Source: an uncultured Planctomycetaceae bacterium (GTDB taxonomy: Bacteria > Planctomycetota > Planctomycetia > Planctomycetales > Planctomycetaceae). From it: a DNA stretch of 64,000 bases. Where the stretch lies: positions 800,001 through 864,000 of the forward strand of contig CAWFAK010000007.1 in assembly GCA_963813715.1 (NCBI GenBank), in the 5' to 3' direction. How positions within the stretch are numbered: position 1 is the first letter of the stretch; every line of letters begins with the position of its first letter. The notes below the pieces were generated by a model, which searched no databases, was not told the origin of the DNA, and was given only the letters and a program-made list of their open reading frames with translations. Made by a program: the position numbers and the translations under genes. Positions 33,887 to 45,470 of this stretch are shown piece after piece.

Positions 33887-34583
33887 ATGCCGACCACGCC
33901 CCACGTCGAGAAGCACTTCACGTCGTCGGCAATCGTCCGTGACATCGTGATTGGGATGTCGGACGGCCTCACAGTTCCGTTTGCCCTGGCTGCGGGTCTC
34001 ACCGGAGCCGTGGACACAACGACCATCATCATCACGGCCGGCATTGCCGAGATCGCCGCTGGTTCGATTGCCATGGGGCTGGGCGGCTATTTGGCCGGAA
34101 GAACCGACTTGGAACACTTCGAGACCGAAAGGGCCAGAGAAATCCGAGAGACCGAGGAACTTCCAGAGAAAGAGAAGGAAGAGGTTGCTGAGATTCTTTC
34201 AGTCATACGGTCTGGAAGAGGAGACCGTGAGCAAAGTCGTCAAGGCGATCAGCGCCGACCAAAAGCGGTGGGTCGATTTCATGATGCGGTTCGAGTTGGG
34301 CCTGGAAGAGCCAGACCCTCGCAGGGCCAGGACCAGTGCAGCCGTGATTGCCGTGTCTTACATCGTGGGCGGACTGGTGCCGTTGTCTCCGTACTTCTTC
34401 TTCTCCTCGGCGAGAGCGGCATTGCCGGTGTCTGTGAGCGTGACGCTGGTGGCCTTGGCGGTGTTCGGCTACGTCAAAGGTCGGTTCACCGTCGCCAAAC
34501 CGCTCAAAAGCGCATTGCAAACTGTGGTCGTTGGCGGGTTGGCTGCTGCTGCTGCGTTCGCCATTGCCCGCATGATTGGATGA
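33887..34583 (+). CDS. VIT1/CCC1 family Fe/Mn transporter, one frameshift
   Basis: RDIVIGMSDGLTVPFALAAG, AGSIAMGLGGYL, FMMRFELG, GGLVPLSPY. Confidence 0.9.
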
Positions 34584-34703
34584 CTTACATGACGCCCCGC
34601 GAAATCTGGATCGATAATCGACTGCGGGCCCTCGTTGAATTCGCGGCGGCAATCGCCCCGCAAGCGAACTTGATCGTTCCGGTGTGGCTTGCGACTCCAC
34701 AAC

Positions 34704-34761
34704 GGTCCCGTCTACCCATACCTTTTTGACTTGAGTCGTTTAACGACCGATAAATGGTCGG
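34704..34761 (+). repeat. res-like site, truncated copy (left arm plus gataa)
   Basis: acccatacctttttgac, gaccgataaat 28 bp later; downstream subsites absent. Confidence 0.65.
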
Positions 34762-34808
34762 TGTGGTCGCGTCACCGGCCCTCAGTAGTTCCCGAGGCAC
34801 GAACAAGG

Positions 34809-35268
34809 CTACGGAATCAACTCGGGATCGACGAGGCAGGTAATCTTCCATAGGCCGTCTTGAAACTGCATGGCGACTGCCGCCTCGAACTGGACGACAG
34901 CGCGATTCGCATCGCCGACAACCAGCTGACTCACGAGGTGCCCCAGAAACGGAAGGTGCCCGACAATCATCAGCCTGTTTTCGTGGCCGTCAATGAGGCG
35001 GCGAGTGGGCGCACGTCATCATCAGGACCGAATCCGCGGAGTACGGTCGCGCCCTTCGCCGGCATCAGGTAGTCGGCGAGAATTTCCGCCGCCTGTTCGG
35101 CTCGTCGCTTGCCGCTGTGCAAGAGCTGGCGGCGGCCCACCGGGCAAGCCACTCGACGACTAGCCAGCCCGCCTGGGTCAATGGCCGGGAAGGGTCCATC
35201 TCCACGGAGACGGCTTCACCGTGCCGGGCGAGGTATACGATCTTCCGCTGGCTGTCGGTCGTGACCAC
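34809..35268 (-). pseudogene. sixA: Phosphohistidine phosphatase SixA-like, frameshifted
   Basis: VYLARHGEA...RPLT..G, HSGKRRAEQAAEIL, VGHLPFL. Confidence 0.7.
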
Positions 35269-35295
35269 GTTGCAACGCCTCCGTTCCTTGCCATC

Positions 35296-35652
35296 TCACG
35301 AACTGCTCTTTCTTGCGGAGTCGCGGAGTAGTCTTGGCCGCGTGGTTTGACCAGCGGACAACAGCTCATCGCCAGCGGAATTGACTTCGAGCAGAAAACC
35401 GTAGCCCTTACATTTCTCGGCGAGCGCCTCGATCACGGTCTGTGCCTGCATTGACGAGCGGAAAATCGAAGCCTCTTTGCGAACGCCGAAGATACAACGC
35501 GTCTCCGGCCGCGAAGGCGTCACCCACAATTCGGCTCCCGAGGCACTAACTGCTTTCACGACGTAGCCCATACCGGTGCGCTCCGGTTTGACAACGACAG
35601 ATCGAGCACTGTCCACGGCGCTCAGCATGTGCGGGAACGAGGGCCGATGCAA
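35296..35652 (-). CDS. Hypothetical protein
   Basis: Open frame with plausible composition; no recognised motif. Confidence 0.35.
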   Translation of the reverse strand: MHRPSFPHMLSAVDSARSVVVKPERTGMGYVVKAVSASGAELWVTPSRPETRCIFGVRKEASIFRSSMQAQTVIEALAEKCKGYGFLLEVNSAGDELLSAGQTTRPRLLRDSARKSSS

Positions 35653-35723
35653 GAAAAATCAGTGACTGGACTTCGACGACTGCCATTTTTCGCGTCGCCA
35701 ACTCTCACGGCGGAACCGGGGCC

Positions 35724-35926
35724 GGTCCAGAATCTCAACCGTTTCTTGCCATTCCGGTTAATCAACCGATAAGTGCCGCCGTGACAGGCACCGGAAACTC
35801 ATCCGTTTTTCGCCACTCGCTCCGCGTCCCGAAAACTCATACGTTTTGGCGGAATCCGGCCTCAAGCTGTGAGAGCGAATCAAACGCTCGGACATCGGCG
35901 CAGAATTTCGAACGTTTTTGACAGCG
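35724..35926 (+). repeat. res-like module-boundary site, full copy A2
   Basis: aatctcaaccgtttc, aaccgataagtgcc, gaaactcatccgttttt, gaaaactcatacgttttgg, tttcgaacgtttttg; spacings 28/38/71. Confidence 0.85.
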
Positions 35927-36069
35927 ACAGGAATCCAAATAAAGTGCTTGACCGTCGCCCACCGCGGGATTCCAATCTGGGTGGGTAACGGCTCCCGCAG
36001 TGACAAGACGATCGCAACTGCGAACGCCAGAAACACCTAAGTCGTGGTTCGAGCTGGAGTCGGCTATCC

Positions 36070-36705
36070 ATGGCGATTTGTTTTCCCAGGCGTCGAGTTC
36101 TTGGCTTGCCGGCCTGGTTGTGGGTCGTGTTGCCGATCCCCCTTCTGGCGCTAGGAAGTTCGCTGTGGATGTTTTGGCTTCCGTCGAGCCTCGATGAGCC
36201 GCCTGAGAGAGCCGAAATCTTCCGCGACCTCGTCCTCATCACCCGCCAGGGGGAGACTTGCCGGTTCGTGCCCTTCAGCGAGCAGAAGGGAGTGAAGCCG
36301 CTCTGGACCGTCAGCGTCATCACGAGTGCCAGATACAACCTCAAATGGGACACGCGGCACTACCTGCCGGGGCTTTTCCGCAGGCAGGCAAGTTGGACCT
36401 ACGAGTTGACGGCGAACCGCTTCGATCCCGACTGGAAAGATGACAAGCTGAACGCACTCACCTTGCCCGCGGAGCAAATTCGCCTGCTCCGGCCGCTCAT
36501 CGTCGCCGAAATGAATCGCCGCGACCCGGCGGCCCAGCGCGGAGACCGCCTCGAACGATTGCTAAACAATGGTTTTGAGGAGAAGTCGTCGTTCTGTCCA
36601 CAAAACGCGGTGATCGCGTTGGGGTGGCTTTCCGTGCCGTTGGCCTTCGTCGGCCTTTGTTCAATGTTTGTTCGCCCACGCAGGGCTGAAGTCCGGGCAC
36701 AGTGA
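36070..36705 (+). CDS. Hypothetical membrane protein (N- and C-terminal TM segments)
   Basis: Two hydrophobic segments; ggag upstream; only gene between sites A2 and A3. Confidence 0.65.
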   Translation: MAICFPRRRVLGLPAWLWVVLPIPLLALGSSLWMFWLPSSLDEPPERAEIFRDLVLITRQGETCRFVPFSEQKGVKPLWTVSVITSARYNLKWDTRHYLPGLFRRQASWTYELTANRFDPDWKDDKLNALTLPAEQIRLLRPLIVAEMNRRDPAAQRGDRLERLLNNGFEEKSSFCPQNAVIALGWLSVPLAFVGLCSMFVRPRRAEVRAQ

Positions 36706-36890
36706 CCCGTCGATGCCTCCGATGCCGCCACCGGCGGCAAAGCATGCTGATGAGTGTCGCTCAAGTCGGCTCTTGCCGCAGCACTTGGCTCACGCGAGTC
36801 GACTTCCGCCTCACGGAAAACTCCTTCCTTGTCCAACTCCGTTCAGACTGGGGAGACTTGGGACACTCGAACTCCAGAATCCGGAGGCCG

Positions 36891-37097
36891 TTTCTCAGGA
36901 ACTCAAACGTTTTCTGTGACGGCGAAAATCGACCGTTTGACGGGAGCCGCCGCTTGCCTCGTCCCGGATTCACATACGTTTTGTGACGCACGATTTTCGT
37001 GCCGGGAACTCAAGCGTTTTGTGAGAATCGCTCTTGACTGAATGATGGCCGCGGAATTGGGTTGAAGGGCAGCGCATCAAACGAACGTTTTTCGATT
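36891..37097 (+). repeat. res-like module-boundary site, divergent full copy A3
   Basis: gaactcaaacgttttc, gaccgttt, cacatacgttttg, gaactcaagcgttttg, aaacgaacgtttttc; spacings 27/38/71. Confidence 0.8.
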
Positions 37098-37288
37098 TGA
37101 TTCTATCCGCCCGCACGGGGCTTTGCGGATGACGGGAGCAAGCTCCGACCAGCAAGAAATCGCGGTCCCGTCCGAACTACACAAGAACGGCTTCCGGCTG
37201 TGTCGGAATGATGTTGTGCCGCCGTCCAGACGTTGGCGCGCTGCACGGCGGTCTTATTTCAGTGCGTGAGCGGTGGATGCGCCGGTCT

Positions 37289-38886
37289 TCAGGGTTTAGC
37301 GCCGGTCTCGGGCGTCGGCGGTGCTGGTGTCGCTGTGAGCTGGTGGTTGGCGACGGCTTGGGCGGGATGGCCCAATGCGTGATAGAGCCGGAACTGCGCT
37401 CGATCGTAGTCGGCAATCGCGCCGTAGTAGTCGGCGTAAGCCTGCGCCAGCGCCTGCAACGAGGCCACTGCTTCCTGGGGCCGAACGACGAGCACGACCA
37501 TGTTGCCGACCGACCTCGTTTGGCGCAAGCCTTCGAGGTTCTTGTCGGCGGAGTCGACGGCGTCTTTCAGTTCTGCTTCGGCTTCGGTCTGGCGAATCGT
37601 TGCCGAGCGGACGCCGGCGTCAGCCTTCACGACCTCGGCCGCGACGCGATCTTGAAGTCGACTGAGTTCCAGGACGGCGACTTCGTTCTCGGCCTGTCGC
37701 TGCCGCACGAGGGCATAATTGCCGAAACCCAGCTCCTTGAGTTCCCACAACACGGTGACATCGTAGTCGAAGCGTCCGCCGAAGTTGCTCAGGTCGTCGT
37801 TGGTGCCGCCGCCGAAGAATCCGCCCGCCAGCGTTCCCGTGGCAGACGTTGAGGTTCCGCGCGCAGGATGCTCGGCAAGAAGGGTCGCATTTTTTCTTGG
37901 CGGATTCGCGCCAACGTCGACTGCACCAAGGCCTGCTGACCCGAGAGTTCCGGCCGGTTCGTCAGGCCCATCGTCACGAGTTCCTCGACCGGCTGGTCCG
38001 GGGCGACGAGGGTCACCTGCAGATGGGGAGGTTCGACGGGCTCGGCAACCGTCGTCGCGTCCAGCCGCAAGACACGCATCAAGTCGGCGCTGGCAGTCCG
38101 CCACCGCTCGTGCGCCAATGCGACCGCTTGTTGGCTGCGCCGGGCCTGGGTCCGCGCGCGGACAACTTCCAGCCGAGGCACCAAACCTTGAGAGAGCGCC
38201 TGGACTCTCTGAACCAGGCTGTCGGCACGCCGAGCCACATCTTCAGCGCTGGCTAGGTCGCCTCGCGCTTGCTGCACGGTGAAATACGCTTCCGCAACTG
38301 CCAAGAGACTGTCGTTGCGAGCCGTTTGCAAGGCGGCATTGCGCGCCTCGACCACTCGGCGCGCGGCCAGCGGTTCAAAGATTGCGTCGCTGACGGCAAA
38401 CACTGCGTACGGACCGGCTCCGACCATGAACGACTGTTTGCTCGCGGGAGCAACATCCCCCTGCACGTCCTGGATCTGTCCGTCGTGACGAGAATAGTCG
38501 GGACCGATCATAATGGTCGGGAGCCACAACAGGTTGGCCTGCGTCAATTGAGAAGCGGCCACCTGAATCTGTTGGGAAGCGACCGCGACGTCGATCGGCT
38601 GCACGCCAGCGAGTTGGAAGGCCGTGGCTAAATTGATCGGGAAGGGACGATCGGCCCAGGGCGCGACGGGCTGATCGGCCGGCCCGCGATCAGAGGGCGG
38701 CGCGGGGGCCGGGTCGAACGATGCCACGATCTTCCCGGAGTACGACGTCTCTTGGGCGCGGACGGACGCGCTGGTGCCAAACAGCAGTGCGGCGAGCACT
38801 GCCCAGGCACGAATCGACGTCCAGGTACCGCGTTCCACGGTCCCTCCGGTGAACAGCATCCCCTTAGCGCGCAAGAGCCTACGCAA
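37289..38886 (-). CDS. TolC-family outer membrane factor, frameshifted near 37860
   Basis: INLATAFQLA, VAEAYF.VQQARG, LTNRPEL, AIADYDRAQFRLYHALG; in an RND operon. Confidence 0.8.
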
Positions 38887-38993
38887 TCATTAGGTTCGGT
38901 AGAACCGGTCGTCTCGATGCTGGCCAACGGACAAACTGGCAGTGCGCCGAGGTTGAGAGGCGGCCGAGAGCCGGCAGAAGCTGCGCAGCTTTC

Positions 38994-40261
38994 CTACTTG
39001 TCGGCTTGGATCGCGCGCACAGATTGCCCATTTGCAAGGGGGGCCGGGCTGGAAACCACGATCTGCTCGTCCCCGGAGATCGGTATCCAGTGTCCCTCTG
39101 CGGCGGGCGATTCGGGCGTCTTCTGTAACATCAGCACTTCGATGAGTTCGCCCCCTTTGAGACCAATTTGCAAAGGCGTGCGAATCGCCTTGCCGTTTTG
39201 GACCCGGTAGCAGACTGCCTGATTTCCTTCGGTGAGGATGGCCGCGTCGGGCACGGTCCAGACGTTGGCGTGCTGCACGACAATGCTCGCTTGAACGTAC
39301 ATGCCAGGCAGCAGTTTCCCCTGCGGGTTCGGCAGGTCGATTTCGGTGCGAAGCGTGCGTGACCGCGGATCAAGGGCCCGCGCGTTGCGGGTGACCGTGC
39401 CGTGAAGCGGCTCTCCTCCCGCGCCCTGCACCTGGAGGCTGACCGGGTCGCCGTCCTTAATCCACGGGGCATCGCTGCCCGGGATGTTGACAAAGACCCG
39501 CACCGGATCGATCTGACTCAAGACAAACAGGGGCTGACGCGTGGTGCCTGTCGCTGGCTGCACAAAATCCCCCACGCTGATGTTGCGCTGCGTGACGACG
39601 CCTTTGTAGGCCGCCCGAATCTCCGCGTATTGCAGCATGGTCCGAGCGTAATCGCGGTTGGCCTTGGCGACTTCGAGCTGCGCTTCGGCCGTGGCTTCGT
39701 CCGCCTTGGCCTTCACCACGCCGGCTCGAGCGGCCTCGAATCCCAGCTGGGTCTCGTCGACATTTTCCTGATCGAGAACGCCGCTCTTTCCGACTCGTGA
39801 CAGCCGCTCATACTGAGATTGTGCACGCCTGAGTTGAGCGTCGGCCGTGAGGATGGCCGCCTTGGCTTGTGCGACCTGTGCGGCCGCGTGGCGAACGGCG
39901 GCCTGCTTCTGCTGCACTTCGACCTCCATCTCGGGGACGTGCAGCACGGCCAGAATCTGGCCCTCTTTCACATAGTCACCGATGTCCGCGTTCCATTTTT
40001 GCACGTAGCCGGTGATGCGGGCGTAAATCGACGTTTCCTGGAACGGCTCAATATTGAATCCCGGCTGCTCGAAGGGATGCAGCACAGTCTTTCGCTCCGG
40101 TCTGACAAGGCGCACCGTCTGTTCGGCCGCCGCCGATGGCGCCCCGCTTGCGCCAGTCTTGGACGCGCTCGGCAAGCCCTGCTCGCAGCCCGTCAGGAAG
40201 GCCGCGACAAGGACGCCGCCGATCAGACGAAGTGTTACGAGGCGCTACTCACGGCTGACAT
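38994..40261 (-). CDS. RND periplasmic adaptor (MFP); 5' end frameshifted
   Basis: Lipobox LTGC; IYARITGYV, EIRAAYKGVVTQRN, RTLRTEIDLPN..GKLLPGMYV. Confidence 0.88.
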
Positions 40262-43200
40262 GGTTCCCTTGCTGCCGATCGCAATAGGGGCTGCCTGCGT
40301 CGTCCGGATCGAGCGAGGCCGACTGGACGCCGGCCCGTCCTTGGAACATCACAAACATCGCGGGCAACACAAGGAGCGTCGTAATCATGGAACCGGAGAG
40401 CCCCCCGATGACCGCCCGCGCGAGCGGGGCCGTTTGCTCTCCGCCTTCGCCGATTGCCAAGGCCATCGGAATCATGCCCGCGATCATGGCGCAGCTGGTC
40501 ATCAGAATCGGACGGACGCGGTGCCGGGCGCCGTCGATCGCCGCGTCGTTCGCGGCGGTCCCTTCGCGTCGCGCGCGTTCGGCAAAGGTGACCAAGAGGA
40601 TCGCGTTGGCGACCGCGACCCCGATGGCCATGATCGAACCCATAAACGATTGGATGTTGAGCGTGGTCCGCGTGGCCCACAAGACGAGCACGACGCCGGC
40701 AAGCACGGCCGGAATGGTGCACACGACCGCCAGCGCCAAGCGGAACGACTGAAAATAGGCTGTCAGCAACAGCAGGATCACGATCACCGTCAACAGCAGG
40801 CCGGCCGTCAGGCCCTCATAAATTTTCCCACCGGCGAGCGCTCCGAACATTTGCTGCATCGGCACAATTTGGCCCCGCACGTCGACCGTCGCACCGCGCG
40901 GGACCTCGCCGGCTGCCTGCAACGCCTGCGAAACTCGGCGCGAAACTCGGCCCAGGTCTTCGCCTTCGATATTCGCGGTCATGCTGATCAATCGCTTCAT
41001 GTTGTAGCGATCATATTCGCCCGGTACCGTCCCCTCGTGAATTCGCGAGACATCCTGCAAAAAGACCTGTCCGGCATGGTCCATCGGGACGCCCGAGCCG
41101 CGTCGGCTTCGTCCAGAGCCCGTATTCGTGCTTCCAATGGGCACCACGCCGATTTGCGCGGCCGAGTCCATGCGGGCGATCGGAATTTCCACCTGCACCT
41201 GATAGCCGATGCCCGTGTTGGAGTCGCGCCAGTAATTCGGCACAAGGAACCGGCTGGAAGATGTCGCCGCGACCAGCGAGTTGGCGACTCCCTGCGCCGT
41301 GATGCCGCTCGCGCCGGCCAGTTCGCGGTTCACAGTCACTTCGACCGCCGGATAGTCCTGGGACTGAACGAAGTGCAGGTCGCGGAGCGACGCGATTTTT
41401 TCCAGCTCCTGCCGAATCTTGTTGGCGAACGCCTGGTTGTCGGACATTTTCGGCCCGCTCACCGCGATTTCAATCGGCGTGGGCGAGCCGAAACTCATCA
41501 CCTCGTTAACGATATCGGCCGGCTCGAACGAGAGTTTGATCCCGCGCACTCTTTGAGCGGCCACCTCGGTTGAGACCTTTTCAGCCGCCAGTTTCTCGCG
41601 CAGCGAGTGCTCGAGAATATCCGGCAGCTCGTGACGCAGGTCCTCCTTGAGTTCGGCCACATGCACGCCGCTGCCTGACTTGAGGGCCACGCGCAGCACG
41701 GCCTCTTCCGGTCCGCTCATCCACAAATACACGGTGTTGATCGGATAGCTGGAAGGGATCAGCCCGACGTAGCCGAGCGAGATCGCCACGTTGTCCGGCC
41801 GAACTTTGTTCTTGATCGCGTTGAGTGCCTCGATCGCGAGCTGTTCGGTGACCTCGATGCGGGTGCCGGTCGGTGCCCGCAAGCGGAGCTGGAACTGCCC
41901 CGTGTCGACGGTCGGAAAAATCTCCCGACCGAGTTGCCCGCCGGCAAACCAGACCAGCCCCACGGCCGCCGCCAAGTAGATCGGCACGCCGACCCAACGC
42001 AGCGGCATCAGGCTGCGCACGAGTGCCGTATAGGCCGCACTCAGTCCGCCGCGCTCGCGGCCGGAGTCCTTTTCATGGCTTGCTTGCGATTGGTGCACGT
42101 GCCGCAGCAGCCAGACCGACACGACGGGCACGAACGTGCTCGACAGAAAATAGCTCGCCACCATCGCAAAGCCGACCGCCAGCGAAAGGGGCACAAACAG
42201 GGCCCGCGCCGAGCCTTCCATGAAGAACGACGGGATGAAGACGGCCAGCACGCACAGCATCGCCAACAGTCGCGGTACCGCCGTTTCATGATTTCCGCGC
42301 CGGACCGCGCGGGCGATGTTGGGCGTGTGCTCAAACTGCGTGTGGATGTTTTCGACCTCGACCGTTGCCTCGTCGACGAGAATGCCGACCGCCAGCGCGA
42401 GCCCGCCCAGCGTCATCAGGTTGATCGTCTGACCCGTCAGCCATAACCCGACGATGCTGCTCAAAAGGGCAAACGGGATATTGAGCACGACCACGATCAC
42501 GCTTCGCCAGTCGCGCAAGAACAAGAGCACCATCAGCCCGGTCAGCACCGCTCCCAACAGGGCTTCCGTGCCGACGCCCCAAATGGCCCGCGTCACGTAC
42601 GGGGACTGGTCGAACTCGAAACTGACGTCGATGTCTTCCGGGACAGCGGCCCGCATGTTCGGAAAGGTTGGCCTTCACGGCATTGACCACGGATAGAGTC
42701 GACGCGTCGGCTCGCTTCGTCACCACGATGTAGACGGCCCGTTTTCCGTTGACGAGCGCATAACCCGTCGGGATGTCGGTGCTGTCTTCGATCGTGGCCA
42801 GGTCGCGTAGGTAGACGTCGGTGCCCGGGCGCACCGGAATGCTTCCCAGATCCTTCGGATTCACGACCATCGCGTCGACGGGCACGATGGGCATTTGGTC
42901 CTTCACCCGGATGTTCCCGGATGGACTGATGGTGTTCCCGGTCACCAGCGCCTGAACGACTTCCTCGGGCGAAATGTTGTAGGAGCGCAACCGGTCGGGG
43001 TCGGTGCGGATCACGATCGTTCGCTGGTTGCCCCCGAACGGCGGCGGGGCCGAGACCCCCGGCAGGCTGGCGAACATCGGCCGAACCTTGAACAGAGCCT
43101 GATCCTGGATCTCGCCGATGGTCTTCGTCTTGCTCGACAACACCAGATAGCCGACCGAAACGTTGCCCGTGTCGAAGCGCATTACAAACGGCGGCACCGT

Positions 43201-43566
43201 GCCCGGCGGCATGAAGGCCCGCGCCCTGTTCACGTAGCCGATGGTCTCGGCCAGGGCCTGCGCCATGTCGGTGCCGGGGTGGAAGTAGAGCTTCATCAGG
43301 GCGGCGCCCTGGATGTTCCGTGATTCGACGTGATGAATGCCGGAGATGTAGAGGAAGTGATACTCGTAATAATTGGTGAGCAGGCCCTCCATCTGCCCGG
43401 GGTCCATCCCGCCGTAAGGCTGCGCCACATAAACGACGGGCAGATTGAGGGAGGGAAAGATGTCTACCTTCATCCGCGTCACGGCGAGGCCGCTGCCGAC
43501 CACGACCGCGGCAATCCCCACCATGACGGTGATCGGATGACGCAGTGCGAAGACGATGGGATTCAC
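40245..43566 (-). CDS. RND efflux permease (AcrB/CzcA-like), frameshift near 42660
   Basis: [52 protein letters not shown]. Confidence 0.92.
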
Positions 43567-43644
43567 GAAACTGAGATCCCGGGCCGGTGGCTTGATGACG
43601 GATCCGCCGGCATTCCCTGAGCGCGGACAGAAAACGCAGATTCC

Positions 43645-44046
43645 CTAGGCCTTCTTTGCACGGTCGTTTCTTCGCGGCCTGTGGGCTTGTGGTAAATTCC
43701 GTTTCCGTCGCAAGGCACGAAACGGCTCGTCCTTGTCCTCCAAAACTTCCGAGACGAGCTCCAAGAGCTTCTTTCGGGCGTCGGCGAGGACTTGTCGTCC
43801 GGCGCTCGTCGCCTGGTAATACTTCCGCTGCTTTCCGGCGACCACTTGGTGGCGGCTCTTCAGGTAGCCGAGTTCCTCCAGCATATGGAGCGTCGGATAC
43901 AGCGTCCCCTGGCTGAGCCGGTACCCGTGCCGTACCAGCTCCTCGGTGATTTCGGCTCCATAAATCGGCTCCTTCGTCGCGTGATAGAGGATATGCAGAC
44001 GAATGAAGCCGTGAAAAAAATGCCGTGTAACCGGATCATGAGCCAT
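43645..44046 (-). CDS. PadR family transcriptional regulator
   Basis: IYGAEITEEL..HGY.LSQGTLYPTLH.LEELGYL...RKYYQATSAG. Confidence 0.9.
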   Translation of the reverse strand: MAHDPVTRHFFHGFIRLHILYHATKEPIYGAEITEELVRHGYRLSQGTLYPTLHMLEELGYLKSRHQVVAGKQRKYYQATSAGRQVLADARKKLLELVSEVLEDKDEPFRALRRKRNLPQAHRPRRNDRAKKA

Positions 44047-44195
44047 AGTGTTGAACTTCGATGTTGATTTCCGACATAATATCGCGGCGACTTTGAGCGC
44101 GGCAAGTGGCGCTCCCGGGAAGAACCAAGGATTCACGCTTCGCCGACCGAGTCGACTTTCGATAGACCGCAGAACAGCTCCAAAGGGAGAATGTC

Positions 44196-44768
44196 ATGAG
44201 GCGCCACTGGCCGATCGTCGTCGCCCTTTTTGGTGGGCTGTGCCTTGGTATCGCGTTGGACGACCACGGCACCGGTCGCCGGACAGAAGCGAAAGAGGGC
44301 CCGAGGGTTCAGGATTCGGAGATCGCCGCGCTCAAGGCGGAAATCCAGGTCCTGAAGGACAGGGTGCCGGATCAGGCTCATGCGATGCAGGACGTCGCGA
44401 ATCAGTTCACCAACGTGTGGTTCGCGGAGGGAAAGCAGCACTGGGAACTGGCGAACTTCTACCTCGGGGAGACACGCAACCATCTGCGCTGGGCCGTGCG
44501 GATCATCCCGAAGCGCAAAGACCGCGCCGGGCGCGAAGTCGACCTGGTTTCAATCCTGCAGTCGGTGGAAAACGGCGCCTTGAAGCAATTGGAGGCGGCG
44601 ATCAAATCAAAGAATGACGAACGTTTTGTCGCAGCATACAAGTTCTCGCTGGAGAGCTGCTACGCGTGCCACAAAGCAGCGGACAAGCCGTACCTGCGAC
44701 CGCAGATCCCGACTGGACCCGGGACGCAGATTATCAATTTCGATCCAAGGGCAAAGTGGCCGCTGTGA
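44196..44768 (+). CDS. Exported helical protein with one heme-c motif (cytochrome c'-like)
   Basis: N-terminal signal/TM segment; C-terminal SCYACH. Confidence 0.65.
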   Translation: MRRHWPIVVALFGGLCLGIALDDHGTGRRTEAKEGPRVQDSEIAALKAEIQVLKDRVPDQAHAMQDVANQFTNVWFAEGKQHWELANFYLGETRNHLRWAVRIIPKRKDRAGREVDLVSILQSVENGALKQLEAAIKSKNDERFVAAYKFSLESCYACHKAADKPYLRPQIPTGPGTQIINFDPRAKWPL

Positions 44769-45003
44769 TTGGGCGGAACGTTTAGCCGAGCCCGGCGTGC
44801 CGGCTTGCTCTTGAGTTGGCCCGACCGGTCCGTTCAGGCTAATTGGCGAAACAAGGTCGCCTGCAAGATCTCGGCTAGGATGTGGTGCCAATTCAACCAC
44901 GCAATCGCTCTAACTCCAGTTCACACAGACGTGCAGCGCGACGCGAGCTGCGACCCACTGGGTCTCGGCCGCGGCAGGCCAATTCGTCCTTCGCAGCTGC
45001 CGG

Positions 45004-45142
45004 TCGCCCGAATCTCAAACCTTTTTCCGGACACGCCAAAAAACGACCGGATTGCCATTCGTTTTCGCGGAATGCAGACTCGGGCTGCGAGGGCGGATCG
45101 AACACGCTGAAATCGGCAGCAGAATTCGAACGTTATTCGACG
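45004..45142 (+). repeat. res-like module-boundary site, copy A4 with internal deletion of subsite 2
   Basis: aatctcaaacctttttccgg..gaccg joined directly to gattgccattcgtttt; aattcgaacgttatt 71 bp later. Confidence 0.8.
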
Positions 45143-45470
45143 GCGTCCGCCGGCCCACATTCGACGTGACCGACGTCCGATCAGCGCGATCGACTGGGGC
45201 GAACCTAGTTGACGATTGTTGTCACCGCCCCCTGCGGCAAACGTAGAGAATGACGGATCCCACCAGCGCGAGGATCAAGACTAGGAAAAATCCCCTGCAT
45301 GTGCGTTGCTTGGTGCTGCGAGGGCGCTCATCGATTGGATCAGGCTCAATATCGCCGTGCATCATGGCCCCTTTTGCGTGCCCTTGTGGATGGATCACAT
45401 CGGTTCGGCGAAGGAGCCAAGGGGCAAGGCTCCAGTTCAGTGTTTGTGGCCAGGATGGGCGTCCGCCGTT

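Noticed and set aside
39819..41573. Long antisense ORFs (also 3916-5553, 46703-48160, 58177-59574)
   Set aside because: Shadow frames of real genes in high-GC DNA
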